Positions 1 to 12,711 of a stretch of DNA of 64,000 bases are shown here, one piece after another (the first letter of the stretch is position 1; each line of letters starts with the position of its first letter). Made by a program: the position numbers and the translations under genes. Location of the stretch: contig NC_042997.1 in NCBI RefSeq assembly GCF_006345805.1, positions 193,006,001 to 193,070,000 of the forward strand, given 5' to 3'. The notes under the pieces are model-generated. The model had not been told where the DNA came from. It worked only from the letters and a program-made list of their open reading frames with translations, and ran no database searches. The stretch is from Octopus sinensis (lineage: Eukaryota).

Positions 1-477
1 CTGCTATCCAGGGGTGCCTCAGGGAAAATAACTTGACCAAAGCACAGCCATAGACATGACATATGTCCTCCTAAAATTGGAGCGACATGCATACTAATTT
101 GTGGACGTGCATAAAGTACATTCACGTACACACACACACACACACTGCATTTTATAGCTTCAGATAACAGAAGAGAGAGAGGTGAGGACGGAGGGAGGGA
201 GAAAGAAAGAGGAAAGAAGGAAGTCATGTAAAGAGCAGAGGGCAAGGAATAACAGCAAATCACTTTCGAAGTACACTCTACGCCTACAAAAGCGAAAGGA
301 CGTATCGGACGGATAGTATAGTGATAGGTACTGATAAGTTATATCTAAAAGAGAGAGAAAAGTGAAATGAGAACAGCTGGATTGACTTCGATAATAAATT
401 TGCATACATGAGCTTACCAATAATAAAAATAAATATAACAATATAATTTAAACACATATATGCACACACAGTGTGTG

Positions 478-590
<113 letters not shown>

Positions 591-769
591 AATATATTAT
601 ATATATATATATGGACTTACCGGCATCGATTAACATTTTAACTATATCAGCATAGTCATAGTACGCAGCTCGGATTAATGCCGTGTCTCCATTACCATTT
701 TTGATGTCCAGATCACAGTTTTCTTAAAATAAATAAACAAACAAATAAATAAATAATTTTTTTTGCTGT

Positions 770-2290
770 AAGCACAAGGCCTGAAATTTTGGGAGAGGGG
801 CGCTAGTCGATTACATCGACCCCAGTGCGTAACTGGTACTTAATTTATCGATCCCGAAAGGATGAAAGGCAAAGTCGACCTCGGTGGAATTTGAACTTAG
901 AACGTCTTAAAGATGGATTAAGTACCTATTTCTTTACTGCCCACAAGGGGCTAAACACAGAGGGGACAAACAAAGACAGACAAACGGATTAAGTCGTTTA
1001 TATCAACCCCAGTACGTAACTGGTACTTAATTTATCGATCCCGAAAGGATGAAAGGCAAAGTCGACCTCGGTGGAATTTGAACTTAGAACGTCTTAAAGA
1101 TGGATTAAGTACCTATTTCTTTACTGCCCACAAGGGGCTAAACACAGAGGGGACAAACAAAGACAGACAAACGGATTAAGTCGTTTATATCAACCCCAGT
1201 ACGTAACTGGTACTTAATTTATCGATCCCGAGAGGATGAAAGGCAAAGTCGACCTCGTGGAATTTGAACTCAGAACGTCTTAAAGATGGATTAAGTACCT
1301 ATTTCTTTACTGCCCACAAGGGGCTAAACACAGAGGGGACAAACAAAGACAGACAAACGGATTAAGTCGTTTATATCACCCCAGTACGTAACTGGTACTT
1401 AATTTATCGATCCCGAAAGGATGAAAGGCAAAGTCGACCTCGGTGGAATTTGAACTTAGAACGTCTTAAAGATGGATTAAGTACCTATTTCTTTACTGCC
1501 CACAAGGGGCTAAACACAGAGGGGACAACAAAGACAGACAAACGGATTAAGTCGTTTATATCAACCCCAGTACGTAACTGGTACTTAATTTATCGATCCC
1601 GAGAGGATGAAAGGCAAAGTCGACCTCGTGGAATTTGAACTCAGAACGTCTTAAAGATGGATTAAGTACCTATTTCTTTACTGCCCACAAGGGGCTAAAC
1701 ACAGAGGGGACAAACAAAGACAGACAAACGGATTAAGTCGTTTATATCAACCCCAGTACGTAACTGGTACTTAATTTATCGACCCCGAAAGGATGAAAGA
1801 CAAAGTCGACCTCGGTGGAATTTGAACTTAGAACGTCTTAAAGATGGATTAAGTACCTATTTCTTTACTGCCCACAAGGGGCTAAACACAGAGGGGACAA
1901 ACAAAGACAGACAAACGGATTAAGTCGTTTATATCAACCCCAGTACGTAACTGGTACTTAATTTATCGACCCCGAAAGGATGAAAGGCAAAGTCGACCTC
2001 GGTGGAATTTGAACTTAGAACGTCTTAAAGATGGATTAAGTACCTATTTCTTTACTGCCCACAAGGGGCTAAACACAGAGGGGACAAACAAAGACCGACA
2101 AACGGATTAAGTCGTTTATATCAACCCCAGTACGTAACTGGTACTTAATTTATCGACCCCGAAAGGATGAAAGGCAAAGTCGACCTCGGCGGAATTTGAA
2201 CTCAGAACGTAGCGGCAGACTAAATACGGCTACGCATTTCGCCCGGCGTGCTAACGTTCCTGCCAGCTCGCCGCCTTGATGGATTAAGTA
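770..2290 (-). repeat. Tandem array of 7 units of 185-187 bp derived from a CORE-type SINE (family A)
   Basis: Marker AACGTC(TTAAAGATGG) recurs at 901, 1088, 1274, 1460, 1645, 1832 and 2019, then AACGT at 2206. Each unit contains the SINE segment GGATGAAAGGCAAAGTCGACCTCGG..GGAATTTGAACT. Confidence 0.95.
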
Positions 2291-2369
2291 CCGTTAAGCA
2301 TTTCGCTCGGCGTGTTAACGAATCTGCCAGCTTGCCACCTTAATAATGATAATAATAATACGCCTTTCT

Positions 2370-2550
2370 ACTATAGGCACAAGACCTGAAATTTTGGGGA
2401 AGGAGACTAGTCGACTATATCGACCCCAGTGCGTAACTGGTACTTATTTCATCGACCCCGATAGGATGAAAGGCAAAGTCGACCTCAGCGGAATATTTGA
2501 ACTCAGAACATGCAGACAGACAAAACACCCTCAAGCATTTCGCCCGGCGA

Positions 2551-2618
<68 letters not shown>

Positions 2619-2970
2619 TCTTTCTACTGGAAGCACAACGCCTCAAATTTGGGGGGAAGGGATTAAGTCGATTACATCGACCCCAGTGCATAACTGGTAC
2701 TTATTTAATCGACTCCGAAAGGATGAAAGGCAAAGTCGACCTTGGCGGCATTTGAACTCAGAACGTAGTGGCAGACAAAATACCTATTTCTTTACTACCC
2801 ACAAGGGGCTAAACACAGAGAGGACAAACAAGGACAGAGAAACGGATTAAGTTGATTATATCGACTCCAGTGTGTAACTGGTACTTATTTAATCGACCCC
2901 GAAAGGATGAAAGGCCAAGTCGACCTCGGCGCGAAATACCGCTAAGCATTTCGCCCGGCGTGTTAACGAA
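2370..2970 (-). mobile_element. Family A (CORE-type, OR-like) SINE copies separated by (AAT)n
   Basis: Same GGATGAAAGGCAAAGTCGACCTCGGCGGAATTTGAACTCAGAACG core as other copies; (AAT)n at ~2552-2617 and ~2988-3033. Confidence 0.85.
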
Positions 2971-2987
2971 TCTGCCAGATTGCCAAC

Positions 2988-3035
<48 letters not shown>

Positions 3036-3144
3036 TTTATCTTCAGATAAATCCACCTGTTTTTCCTCTTCTCTTTCCCCTTCCTCGTGTAAATGCCATC
3101 CCCCGCACACACACACATACACACAGAATATCATAATATGCTTA

Positions 3145-3429
3145 TTATGTATACAGACCACAATCAATAAACAGCTCTACAATCTGTGCACAGCCTCTTT
3201 CCACGGCGTCATGAAGTGGTGTCAGTCCGTTGGTCCTTCTGGCGTTTGGGTTGGCTCCGGCTTTAAGGAGAAGAGTAGTGCTAGTTACTCGCGAATAAGT
3301 GGTTGCTATGTGGAGAGGGGATTTCCCTTCTTCATCTTTTATATCGACTGTTGAGCTGTGACGGTTTAAATAATTCTCCAAACTGATCACACAGTTTTGG
3401 TATACCCAGTCATGAAGGTCGGTCGGCAT
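3145..3429 (-). CDS. Ankyrin-repeat protein, first coding exon (or short single-exon ORF)
   Basis: ORF contains ankyrin repeats GKSPLHIAT..LLLKAGANPN and GLTPLHDAVERGCAQIVELFIDCG. In-frame stop lies just upstream of the ATG. Possible phase-1 donor G|GTCTGT after 3159. Confidence 0.85.
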   Translation of the reverse strand: MPTDLHDWVYQNCVISLENYLNRHSSTVDIKDEEGKSPLHIATTYSRVTSTTLLLKAGANPNARRTNGLTPLHDAVERGCAQIVELFIDCGLYT

Positions 3430-3565
3430 AGTTTATTTTACGTTCTAAATGTTTAAAGAAAAATACAAAAAAAAACAACATGCATACGATTAAATAAGCT
3501 GAAAGCTTTTCGTGTGAACATAAGGAAAACCAAAATTTACTTATACCATACGATATTATACAATA

Positions 3566-4311
3566 CCGTAAATCCTCGAGTATAATCCGCACTTTTTTCC
3601 CAAAATTTAAAGGTCAAAATCCCTAGTGCGTACTATATACGAGGTTAAAAATGAAAAATATTTTCTTAGCAATGCCCGAGTCTCTATTTGCAGTCCGGCA
3701 ATGTTTATTCAGACACATTTTGTGATGTCGGGCACGAAAATACATTAAGCTAAGCCCGAAAGCAATGAAGTCATAAAAGAATCATCCATAATTTGCAGTA
3801 AGCAACATTTATTAAAATAAAAGTATTCAGAACACAGAATAACACGTAGCAAAAACAATTTACAAACATATTTACATTCCCATATAACAGTTAAGAACAT
3901 CACCATTATTGTGTTAAGCATGCGCGGAAGTGTTTGTTCGTCTAGGTGCTGCTGGCTTAATTACGTCCGAAAATACCTTAAGCTAAGCCTGAGAGCAATG
4001 AAGTCATAAAAGAATCATCCATAACTTGCAATAAGCAACATTTATTAAACGTTATTACTGTTATTTCTTTATTTTCTGCAAACAAAATGCACAAAAAAGC
4101 TACACGTTTGCATTGTGTTATATGTACAATAATAATAAAGGACGTTATCGTATACATTTTTACAAACCAAGGACGTTATATAGACCTCCTTCACTCAAGT
4201 TTGAGAAGGGGTGCGCGTATTATACACAAGGTTTAGGTTTTTCAAAAATACAGCCCCCTCAAAATCCCCTACGTACTATACTCAAGGGCAGATATACTCG
4301 AGGATTTACGG
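3566..4311. mobile_element. Non-autonomous Tc1/mariner-superfamily (pogo-like) element
   Basis: TIRs CCGTAAATCCTCGAGTATA / TATACTCGAGGATTTACGG flanked by TA on both sides (3564-65, 4312-13). Internal ~75-bp direct repeat at ~3745 and ~3978. Confidence 0.85.
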
Positions 4312-4385
4312 TAATTAATTTTGAAAATAATGAAGGGTTTGTTAAAAAAAACTTTGTCATTATTAAGCTGGTGTCTGGAATACAA

Positions 4386-4675
4386 TGTATGTATGTATGT
4401 ATGTATGTATGTATGTATGTATGTATGCATGCATGTATGTATGTATGTATGTATGTATGTATGTATGTATGTATGTATGTATGTATGCATGTATGTATGT
4501 ATGTATGTATGTATGTATGTATGTGTGTGTGTGTATGTATGTATGTGTGTATGTATGTATGTGTGTGTGTATGTATGTATGTATGTATGTATGTATGTAT
4601 GTATGTACGTATGTGGGTGTGTATGTATGTATGTATGTATGTATGTATGTATGTATGTATGTATGTATGTATGTA

Positions 4676-4708
<33 letters not shown>

Positions 4709-4800
4709 ATGTATGTATGTATGTATGTATGTATGTATGTCTCTTCTATTTTTTAATTACTATAAATTTTCTACTGAGGAGAAAGCCGGTTTCCAAAAAT
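4386..4800 (-). repeat. (ATGT)n array plus conserved flank, probable retroelement 3' tail
   Basis: ~350 bp of ATGT followed by CTCTTCTATTTTTTAATTA..CTGAGGAGAAAGCCGGTTTCC; the same flank follows the arrays at 5243 and 9117. Confidence 0.8.
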
Positions 4801-4974
4801 AATAAAGACAAATTCGCATTTGGAACTTGAGAAAAGTCTTGCATATTTTACCTGTTCCACTCACAGATTGCACTTGTAATGTACGAATTTGCCGGTCGAT
4901 TTCTCTTTCTGAAAATCTCAGTTTCTCCAGATTCTCCTTTAAGCATTTACTAACAAAACCTTTTGCTCCAATGA

Positions 4975-5320
4975 TTGTATGTATGTTTTTATGTATGTAT
5001 GTATGTATGTATGTGTGTATGTATGTATGTATGTATGTATGTATGTATGTATGTATGTATGCATGTGTGTGTATGTATGTATGTATGTTTGTTTGTATGT
5101 ATGTATGTATGTATGTATGTATGTATGTATGTATGTATGTATGTATGTTTGTATGTATGTATGTATGTATGTATGTATGTATGTATGTATGTATGTATGT
5201 ACGTACGTATGTATGTATGTATGTACGTATGTATGTATGTATGTCTCGCCTATTTATTTTATTATTATAAATCTTTCACTGAGGAGAAAGCCGGTTTTCA
5301 GCAAAGATTCAAGGCTCCAT
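4975..5320 (-). repeat. (ATGT)n array plus the same conserved flank
   Basis: ATGT array, then CTCGCCTATTTATTTTATTATTATAAATCTTTCACTGAGGAGAAAGCCGGTTTTCAGCAAAGAT. Confidence 0.8.
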
Positions 5321-5419
5321 ATTTGGGATATAGTTAACACAGACAAATTGTAAACATAACAGGCTGGATATTATTGTTTGGGGCAGAGGGACAAAGGCAT
5401 GTACCATCATAGAGGTCAG

Positions 5420-5476
<57 letters not shown>

Positions 5477-5746
5477 TGTGTGTGTGTGTGCGTGCTCTCT
5501 TTCTCTTTTTAATTTAAAGTAAATTTTGACCGGCCGCCTACTTGGTAGCAAGGTTGTGAGGGAAAACATTTTGTTTTAACCATCATCCTTTAAATCATGA
5601 GAAGATATTGCAGATTTTTATGGTCCCAGATATCGGAACCATTTGTAGCGTATAACTTAAGGATTTGTCTTCTCTCCCCAAGATCCCATGTTCAGCTATA
5701 CTTTGCTCGAGGTGGGTATGTATGTATGTATGTATGTATGTATGTA

Positions 5747-5832
<86 letters not shown>

Positions 5833-6238
5833 TTACGTGCAAATACGTTTTGTTCAGAAACTTACGGAACGCGAGCGGCTTGCTCTTCTTAATGTTTGCA
5901 CCATAGTAATACCGAGCATATCCACATGGTTGTTGAAGTATTGCACAAGAATACGGCTGATAACTGTTAAATAGCAATTAGATTCGTCAGACAGTCGACA
6001 CTGTTCCAATGTACGAAGTAATATAACAACTGGTCAACGATATAAGCTTGGTTTTATAGCCACGATAGAAAAAAAACCCAGTGTAATCTTGCCGCTATCT
6101 TATTGCCAAGACCTTGACTATATTTTTTGTTTTATGTGCATGCACACGTATACATACACACATACAGTTTCAGACATACATATCCACCCATATACAAATA
6201 TATTTATGATTATATTCATGTATATCTCTAAGTATGTT

Positions 6239-6303
<65 letters not shown>

Positions 6304-6962
6304 CGTGTGTGTGTGTGTGTGTGTGTATGTGTGTGTGTGTGTGTGTGCATGTATGTACATGTGTGATTATGATAGAAACACGAGAATTGGTATTTTCAGA
6401 AGGTCATGGGAAACACCTGTGATATGGAAAGTAAAATTGTTTAACGAAGTTTTGGCGGGTGTGCGTTGAGGTGTTTCGCGGTGAAGGTTAGGAGAATAAA
6501 GGAAAAGGTATGAGAGATAGACAGATAGAAAAATAGATAGGTAGAGAAGTGTATGTGCGTGGTGGTGGTGGAGGGTATGCGAGACGTAGTTCAAAAAGCC
6601 AGAAGTCAACTAAGCGATAATGATCAACGCAGGAAACAATGTAGGCATATATTAGCAGAAATATTTTGCAAACCAGTTTAGTTTTTGCTGTTGAAAGCAG
6701 GTCGGTCAGTCCTGATTGAATAGAGCTATGATCGGAGGCATTCCGATAATGACCAACCTCTTTTCTTGAAGTATACCTTCTACTGTAGTCTTCCAGTCTT
6801 GAGATAGTTGCGCACAGCGTGAGAGAGATTTGGTTGCTAGTTCCAATAGGTCAGAGACCATGCCGAGGTTACCTTAGCCATAGAATTTCAAGAGTTTAAA
6901 TTATATTGACTAACGGTGTCGTACTGCAAGTTATAGAGACATCGTTTGTTAATTATTTTCCC

Positions 6963-7140
6963 TTTATTACCTCCGTCTTAGCGAAGGCGGAGGTATTTTT
7001 TCAGTCGTGTTTGTTTGTTTGTCCGTGGACAAGATATCTCAAGAACCGCCGGATGGATTCGGATGAAACTTTTAGGGATTTTGAGCTTCGTGACTGGCAC
7101 GAAATGATTAGATTTTGGGATCGATCCAGTATGCATAGGG
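6963..7140 (+). mobile_element. Helentron/HINE-like non-autonomous element fragment
   Basis: TTATTACCTCCG..CGGAGGTA subterminal inverted repeat, then (TTTG)n and GATATCTCAAGAAC..GGATGGATT..GATGAAACTT, the layout typical of HINE/DINE-1-like elements. Confidence 0.55.
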
Positions 7141-9033
7141 ATGGCGACATACAGCTTTGTCGTCGTGAAAAAAATAAGTACATCATTTTCATGTTACAGA
7201 TCTGTTTAGGGTTAGGCTTAACATGAAACCGATGCCCCTATTTTCTCACCGTATCAGATATCACAAGTGAAAGTGGTTGTAATGCAATTTGTTCGCAGGA
7301 TGTACAGCAGGGAATCTGGAGTGATGATGCTGATGCTAGTCTCCTAAGAATGATGTTCTGTTACAAGACCATGGACGTGGTGAAAATACTCCACTGAGCA
7401 ATGTCTTAAGCCGATATCTCAAATGGAGTATCTTACAATCAACCATTTAGATTACAACTCATGAGCCGATGATATCCGAGCAAAACCTTTGCAATCAAAG
7501 ATATGTAGCGGCAATTAGTTGTGACTATAAAGTTCTTGGTTGAGGTCGAGAGTCACCAATTGTAACGGTAGAAATTGAATTGTAAACAATATTATGATGA
7601 TGTCGTTGTCAGTAGTTGCGACGCTAAAAATTTTTTGTTATGACAGCATACTGTATGATGTGAAAGATGAACAATGCATGAAGTTTTAAGGAAATATTTA
7701 TTTACCGTTACGTTGAAAAATACCATATCTCGACGGGCAGGTTATGATAAATCCAAAAGCATGCGAAGTAAAGTTTGTGTTTGTGTCCTCTTCATTGTTT
7801 AGTAGTAGTAGTAATTAACAGATAGCGATAGAATGATGTTGTAAGAGAACAGAATTAGAGCTAGAGAGAATTGTAGGGTGTTGTCTCAAGTTGCTGACAG
7901 TAAACTTCATTTCTCCCTCTGACCAAGGTTCTAGTTGGTCAACCAAACTTCGTTCTCACTGAGTTGTTACCACAGTGACTAACTGATTTTTGCTTGGGGT
8001 GTGATTGCTTATATAACTATCCAGAAGGATAGATATATCATTGAGAACAATAGATTTAGTTGGTGGTCTTGTTATATCTCTATTCTAGCTTTTGGTGGAG
8101 TAGAAGAGGTTATAAGGGTCAAGTGGTGAAGACATTATTTCGGCATAACTAAAGGCATCTGGAAAATGCAAAACTGCTGTCAGAGAAGAACCATTGTTCC
8201 ATCGTGGGAGAAGTTTTGTTACAGTGTTAATTTAAATCCACTACAAGATCCACTACAGATAAATTAGAAAAGACAGGAACCTACTTCTAGTCTGGAAAAA
8301 CACTGCCCCTCCAACAAAAGATGTTTTCAGTCCTTTTGAAAAAATACTGCTGCACATAAAAATGTTGATTGAGCAAATATAACGAAAACGAATTTGAGTT
8401 GTTTTCCCACCTGCAAATGCATTGAATAAATAACACTGATTAAATACTTGTATGTTTATTCATACATCTTGCAAATATTTTGTTTCCTTGTCTCTTTATA
8501 CATGCTGCGGATGTTGTAGAGAGGTTGGGAGTACGCAGTTCCTAATACTGTTTTATTTTTAAAGGATGCGCACGCGTGCGTGCGTGAGTGTGTGAGAAAA
8601 TAGGGGAAGTAAGTTTATGCCGAGTGTAATGGCTGAATGGCTGGTTGTTTGCCGCGTGGAGGCAAACCCTCTGATGGACACCCCGATGGAGACGGAAGCG
8701 TAACAGATCAAAAGTACCATGGAGAAGGTTCACAGAAACCGGAACAGAAGTAGAACTTGGATTCTTGAAGTAAGAAAACGGCTCCTTAATTAAAAGACCT
8801 CACAGAATCATGCTATCTTGAACAACAGAAAATTGCAAGACCTTAAAACTTAAAAGGTAAATCGGTTGCTCAAGGGATGAGGAAAAGCAAAAGAACCCCA
8901 CCCCTTTTATTTATTTATTTATTTATTCATTTCTATATTTCTGATGAACTTTCTCTGCAACTTTTCTACTGATCTTGTGCCGGTCAAAACAGACGTTGAA
9001 ACTCCAATCAGGAAAACACACACATACACACAC

Positions 9034-9190
9034 ATGTATGCATGTATGTATGTATGTATGTATGTATGTATGTATGTATGTATGTATGTATGTATGTATG
9101 TATGTATGTATGTATGTCTCTTCTATTTTTTTAATTATTAGAAATCTTCTGCTGAGGAGGGAGCCGGTTTCCAACAAAGATACAAGGCAA
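9034..9190 (-). repeat. (ATGT)n array plus the same conserved flank (third copy)
   Basis: ATGT array, then CTCTTCTATTTTTTTAATTATTAGAAATCTTCTGCTGAGGAGGGAGCCGGTTTCCAACAAAGATACAAGGC. Confidence 0.8.
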
Positions 9191-9809
9191 CAACCCAAAG
9201 AAGGAGCATTGGATCTTACATACATACATACATATCAGAGAACGTGTCATCCAAGAAGACACGGTAGACGATGACAATCTAGAATAAAGTATAGATATAA
9301 ATCATTAACTATAAATAGTAAATGATATCCAATTCACTGTAAAAAATACTGATTTAATGCTTGGAAGTATGTGTATAACTTAGTAATAAATGGTTACTAT
9401 TTTGATGTTAGATAGGAACAGTATCGTCTGTCGTTCAAGTTCAAGGTATATTTTTACTAAAACTATTGTAATCTGTTTCACGTGTCGGTTGTTTAGTTCC
9501 ATGACCTTCATAACGCAAAAAGAAGAAATTTTATCCTGATTCTCATTTTCTATAGTTTATGTGTCATTACTGAGTGCTGGGTTGCATGTTTGTTTGTACC
9601 GAGAGTGTTTGCTTCTGTTGATCGAGCTAATGTTGAGTGATGATCGCGAATACAAATGACCGAGAATGAGTCGTCGCTGGGGGTGTTGCATTGACTGGTC
9701 AGAGATGATGACTGGTGGGGTTGATGAATAAAAAAGGGATTCTTTGGCTGTGTGAAGAAGTAATTGATAACACTCGCGAACATTTAGCATAAGGTTTTAT
9801 TATTCATTT

Positions 9810-10143
9810 CTTTATTACCCACAGTGGGGCTAGACATAGAGGGGACAGACAAGGACAGACAAAGGGATTAAGGCGATTACATCAATCGCAGTGCGTTACT
9901 GGTACTTATTTAATTGACCCCCGAAAGGATGAAAGGCAAAGTCGACCTCGTCGGAATTTGAACTCAGAACGTAGCGGCAGACGAAATACCTATTTCTTTA
10001 CTACCCACAAGGGGCTAAACACAGAGAGGACAAACAAGGACAGACAAACGGATTAAGTCGATTACATCGACCCCAGTGCGTAACTGGTACTTATTTAATC
10101 GACCCCGAGAGGATGAAAGGCAAAGTCGACCTCGGCGGAATTT
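9810..10143 (-). mobile_element. Two adjacent family A SINE segments
   Basis: CCCACAAGGGGCTAAACACAGAG..AAGTCGACCTCGGCGGAATTTG occurs twice. Confidence 0.85.
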
Positions 10144-10945
10144 GGAAGATCTGTCGCTGTTTGACCATGTCCCCAATGGAGCGTTCTTAAATTCCAGCCT
10201 ATAAGTATCTGCTAGCTCAAAGCGGCTTAGCAGTTCTAGGAAGCAAGCATTACCTTTTCTATCAGAACACGAGCCAACATAATCTACGCGTGCCTCGCAG
10301 AATGTATTATAGTCTCCTAGCACAACTACAGAATGTGATGTACCGAGAAACTTCTCCAGGTTCCGAAAATACTCACTTTGCCCGTTTTCAATGGGTGTAT
10401 AAATTGCAACCAGTCTGATAATCTTACCACGACTGAGCGTCAAATCCATGACGACCAGCCTACCTTCTGGATCTGAAAAAATTAACTTTTTCCCAGAAAC
10501 CCGATTTCTTTTTAACAGGACCAACACCCCACTCCCGTCAGTACTCTCGTAGCCATCAAATAGCAGGAGATCTTTTGGCCCCCTTAACCGGGTTTCCGTA
10601 GCAACAATGACATCCAAATTGCGCGACCTGATGTCATTAAGGAAGCGACCTTGCTTCCAGCTTGACCCCAGGCCACGCACATTCAAACAACTAACATGAA
10701 TGCAAGCCATCTACTTACCTTGGCATCAGTGGCTTTCGTCCTTGTCCTTTTCCTTTACCCGGGATCGTGGAGTGGTGTGACATCGGTCCTCGTACATGGA
10801 CTTATTGAAGGAGGGGATATCGGTGGGGTTTTTTTTTGGGGGGGGGTGAATAGTGGTGGAGAGGGGTAGTTTTAATTTCGTGTGCGTCTGTTGAGGGAGC
10901 TTTTTTCTTGTTCGAACCATATGGTTGGCAAGCAAGATACTTACC
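10144..10945 (-). mobile_element. Tx1/L1-clade LINE internal fragment: ORF1 C-terminus plus ORF2 apurinic endonuclease
   Basis: ORF 10015..10710 has APE motifs CLNVRGL, VATETR, RLVAIYTP, VVLGDYN; a preceding short ORF ends just before it. The C-terminal part of the listed ORF is read-through into a SINE. Confidence 0.85.
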
Positions 10946-11176
10946 ACAGAGCCACTTCTGCGTCTATATATACAAATTATAAAAATATTTTTTTTTAAAT
11001 ATACAGTGCAGTACTGTTTCTACTTCGCGGATTGTCACCTATAGCGGGGGCGGTGGATTGGACCGTAACATCCACGATAGTCGAGGGACCTTGGGCAACT
11101 GTCTTCTACTATAACCTTGGGTCGACCGAAACCTTGTGAGTGGATTTGGTAGACGGAAACTGAAAGAAACCCGTCG

Positions 11177-11254
<78 letters not shown>

Positions 11255-11445
11255 TGTGTTTGCTCCCCCAACATCGCTTGACAACTGATACTGATGTGTT
11301 TACGTCCCCGTAACTTAGCGGTTCGGCAAAAGAGACCGATAGAATAAGTACTAGACTTCCAAAGAATAAGTCCTGGGGTCGATTTGCCCGACTAAAGGCA
11401 TTGCTCCAGCATGGCCGCAGTCAAATGACTGAAACAAGCAAAAAA
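10945..11445 (+). mobile_element. Family B SINE (rearranged) with internal TA/TG microsatellite
   Basis: TGAGTGGATTTGGTAGACGGAAACTGAAAGAA..(TA)n(TG)n..TAAGTCCTGGGGTCGATTTG..CAGTCAAATGACTGAAACAAG. Confidence 0.8.
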
Positions 11446-12281
11446 AAAAAAGAATATTTATTTTATTATAAATGCAAAGCAACACCACGGAGGAGTCGAC
11501 GCAAGCTAAAATAATAAACCGCGATAGGTGAAGCTCGATATGGGATTATTGTATATCGAACCGGTCCGGAACTGGAACTTTATTCTTATCATGTTCAAAA
11601 GGCTGAAAGATAAAGTTGGTCTCGACGGGATTTGAACTCAGAATGTAAAGAGTAGAAACAAATACCGAAAGGTATTTTTGTACGACATCGTCGCCATTCT
11701 ACCAATCTACAATTAAAATTCGTTTGTTAATCAAATATAACTTAATACGTGGATATTATCTGAAGCTAAGTAGTCAGGTAATTTATGTCGAAATTTGAGT
11801 CTAACCAGCCTATAATTGTTTTAGCTTAAAGTGTCACACTTAAAATATCGAACTAACAACACTCCTGGTGCAAAAAAGAAAAAGGGAAAACAGGCGTTAA
11901 TTCCGAATGACTAATTAACAGTAAAGTAATAAACATCAGACAAAAATTTAAGTCATCCTATCATATATGTTGTTTGCTGAAACTTTATGACATTTTCTAT
12001 TATTTTTATTTTTCAAGCATTAAGGTCAAGACTGAGTCTAATTTAAATATAACTAAAACAAGCACCGTTTTTTTGTTATCTTTTTGTACAAGAAAATATC
12101 GGATTGCGTAAGCAATTTAATTACGTTCATATTACGGAAACCCATAAATATCAAAGAAATGTTATCTAGATGACCGAGTCAATAAGGCGCTGAGTAACCG
12201 TCTAAAGGATAGGCGATTTAATTTTATGTCCAAGGCAAGAGACTTAACTCTTATGGCCCGATACGTATGACACAAAACAGG

Positions 12282-12711
12282 GGATCTTTTCGGTTTGACC
12301 GGCAGTTTTTTAAAAATAATTTCCACGTAACTAAATACTTTTAAACTTCGTATACTGGTAGAATGTGTTTATAAAACATCATTTTTTCTTGGCTTTATTG
12401 AGAAAATTCTATAGTTTGTAAAACATTTGTTGTTTTTTCTTCTTCAATTTCTGCAATTTCAACCAATCAATGACGTCTATTGAGGTGAAAACATTCTGTG
12501 CCGTATGAATATGTCCCTCGTTTAAGAAACAGATTGGGATTATTTACATTTCTGAAGAAAAAAGATACCCTTCCCCCCACCCCTAACCCTAACTCTAACC
12601 CTAACCCTAAAACAGATTGAAATGCAATAGATCGATACTAAGGTCATAATTATGGGTGACAATTTCATATGACACCGCTAGAAAAGACTGTCGGTCAAAC
12701 CGAAAAGATCC
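12282..12711. mobile_element. Non-autonomous TIR DNA transposon with 8-bp TSD and internal telomere-like repeats
   Basis: TIRs GGATCTTTTCGGTTTGACCGGCAG / CTGTCGGTCAAACCGAAAAGATCC; TSD AAAACAGG at 12274-81 and 12712-19; (CCCTAA)-type repeats at ~12581-12608. Confidence 0.9.

Noticed and set aside
901-2206. CRISPR-like regular repeats
   Set aside because: Units are contiguous with no unique spacers, derive from a SINE, and the context is eukaryotic with no cas genes.
4848-4950. Possible upstream exon of the ankyrin gene (-)
   Set aside because: Has AG/GT signals, but cannot be joined in frame to the ankyrin ATG (TAA upstream); at most a 5' UTR exon, unsupported.
4113-6609. MYVC/HTYI/CVCV-type ORFs here and at 19849-20441
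   Set aside because: Translations of ATGT, TG and TA microsatellites.
8700-8775. ATG with Kozak-like context and GTAAGA donor (MEKVHRNRNRSRTWILE)
   Set aside because: No recognisable homology and no matching downstream exon found.
12581-12608. Chromosome-end or fusion telomere
   Set aside because: Only a few units, located inside a TSD-flanked transposon.
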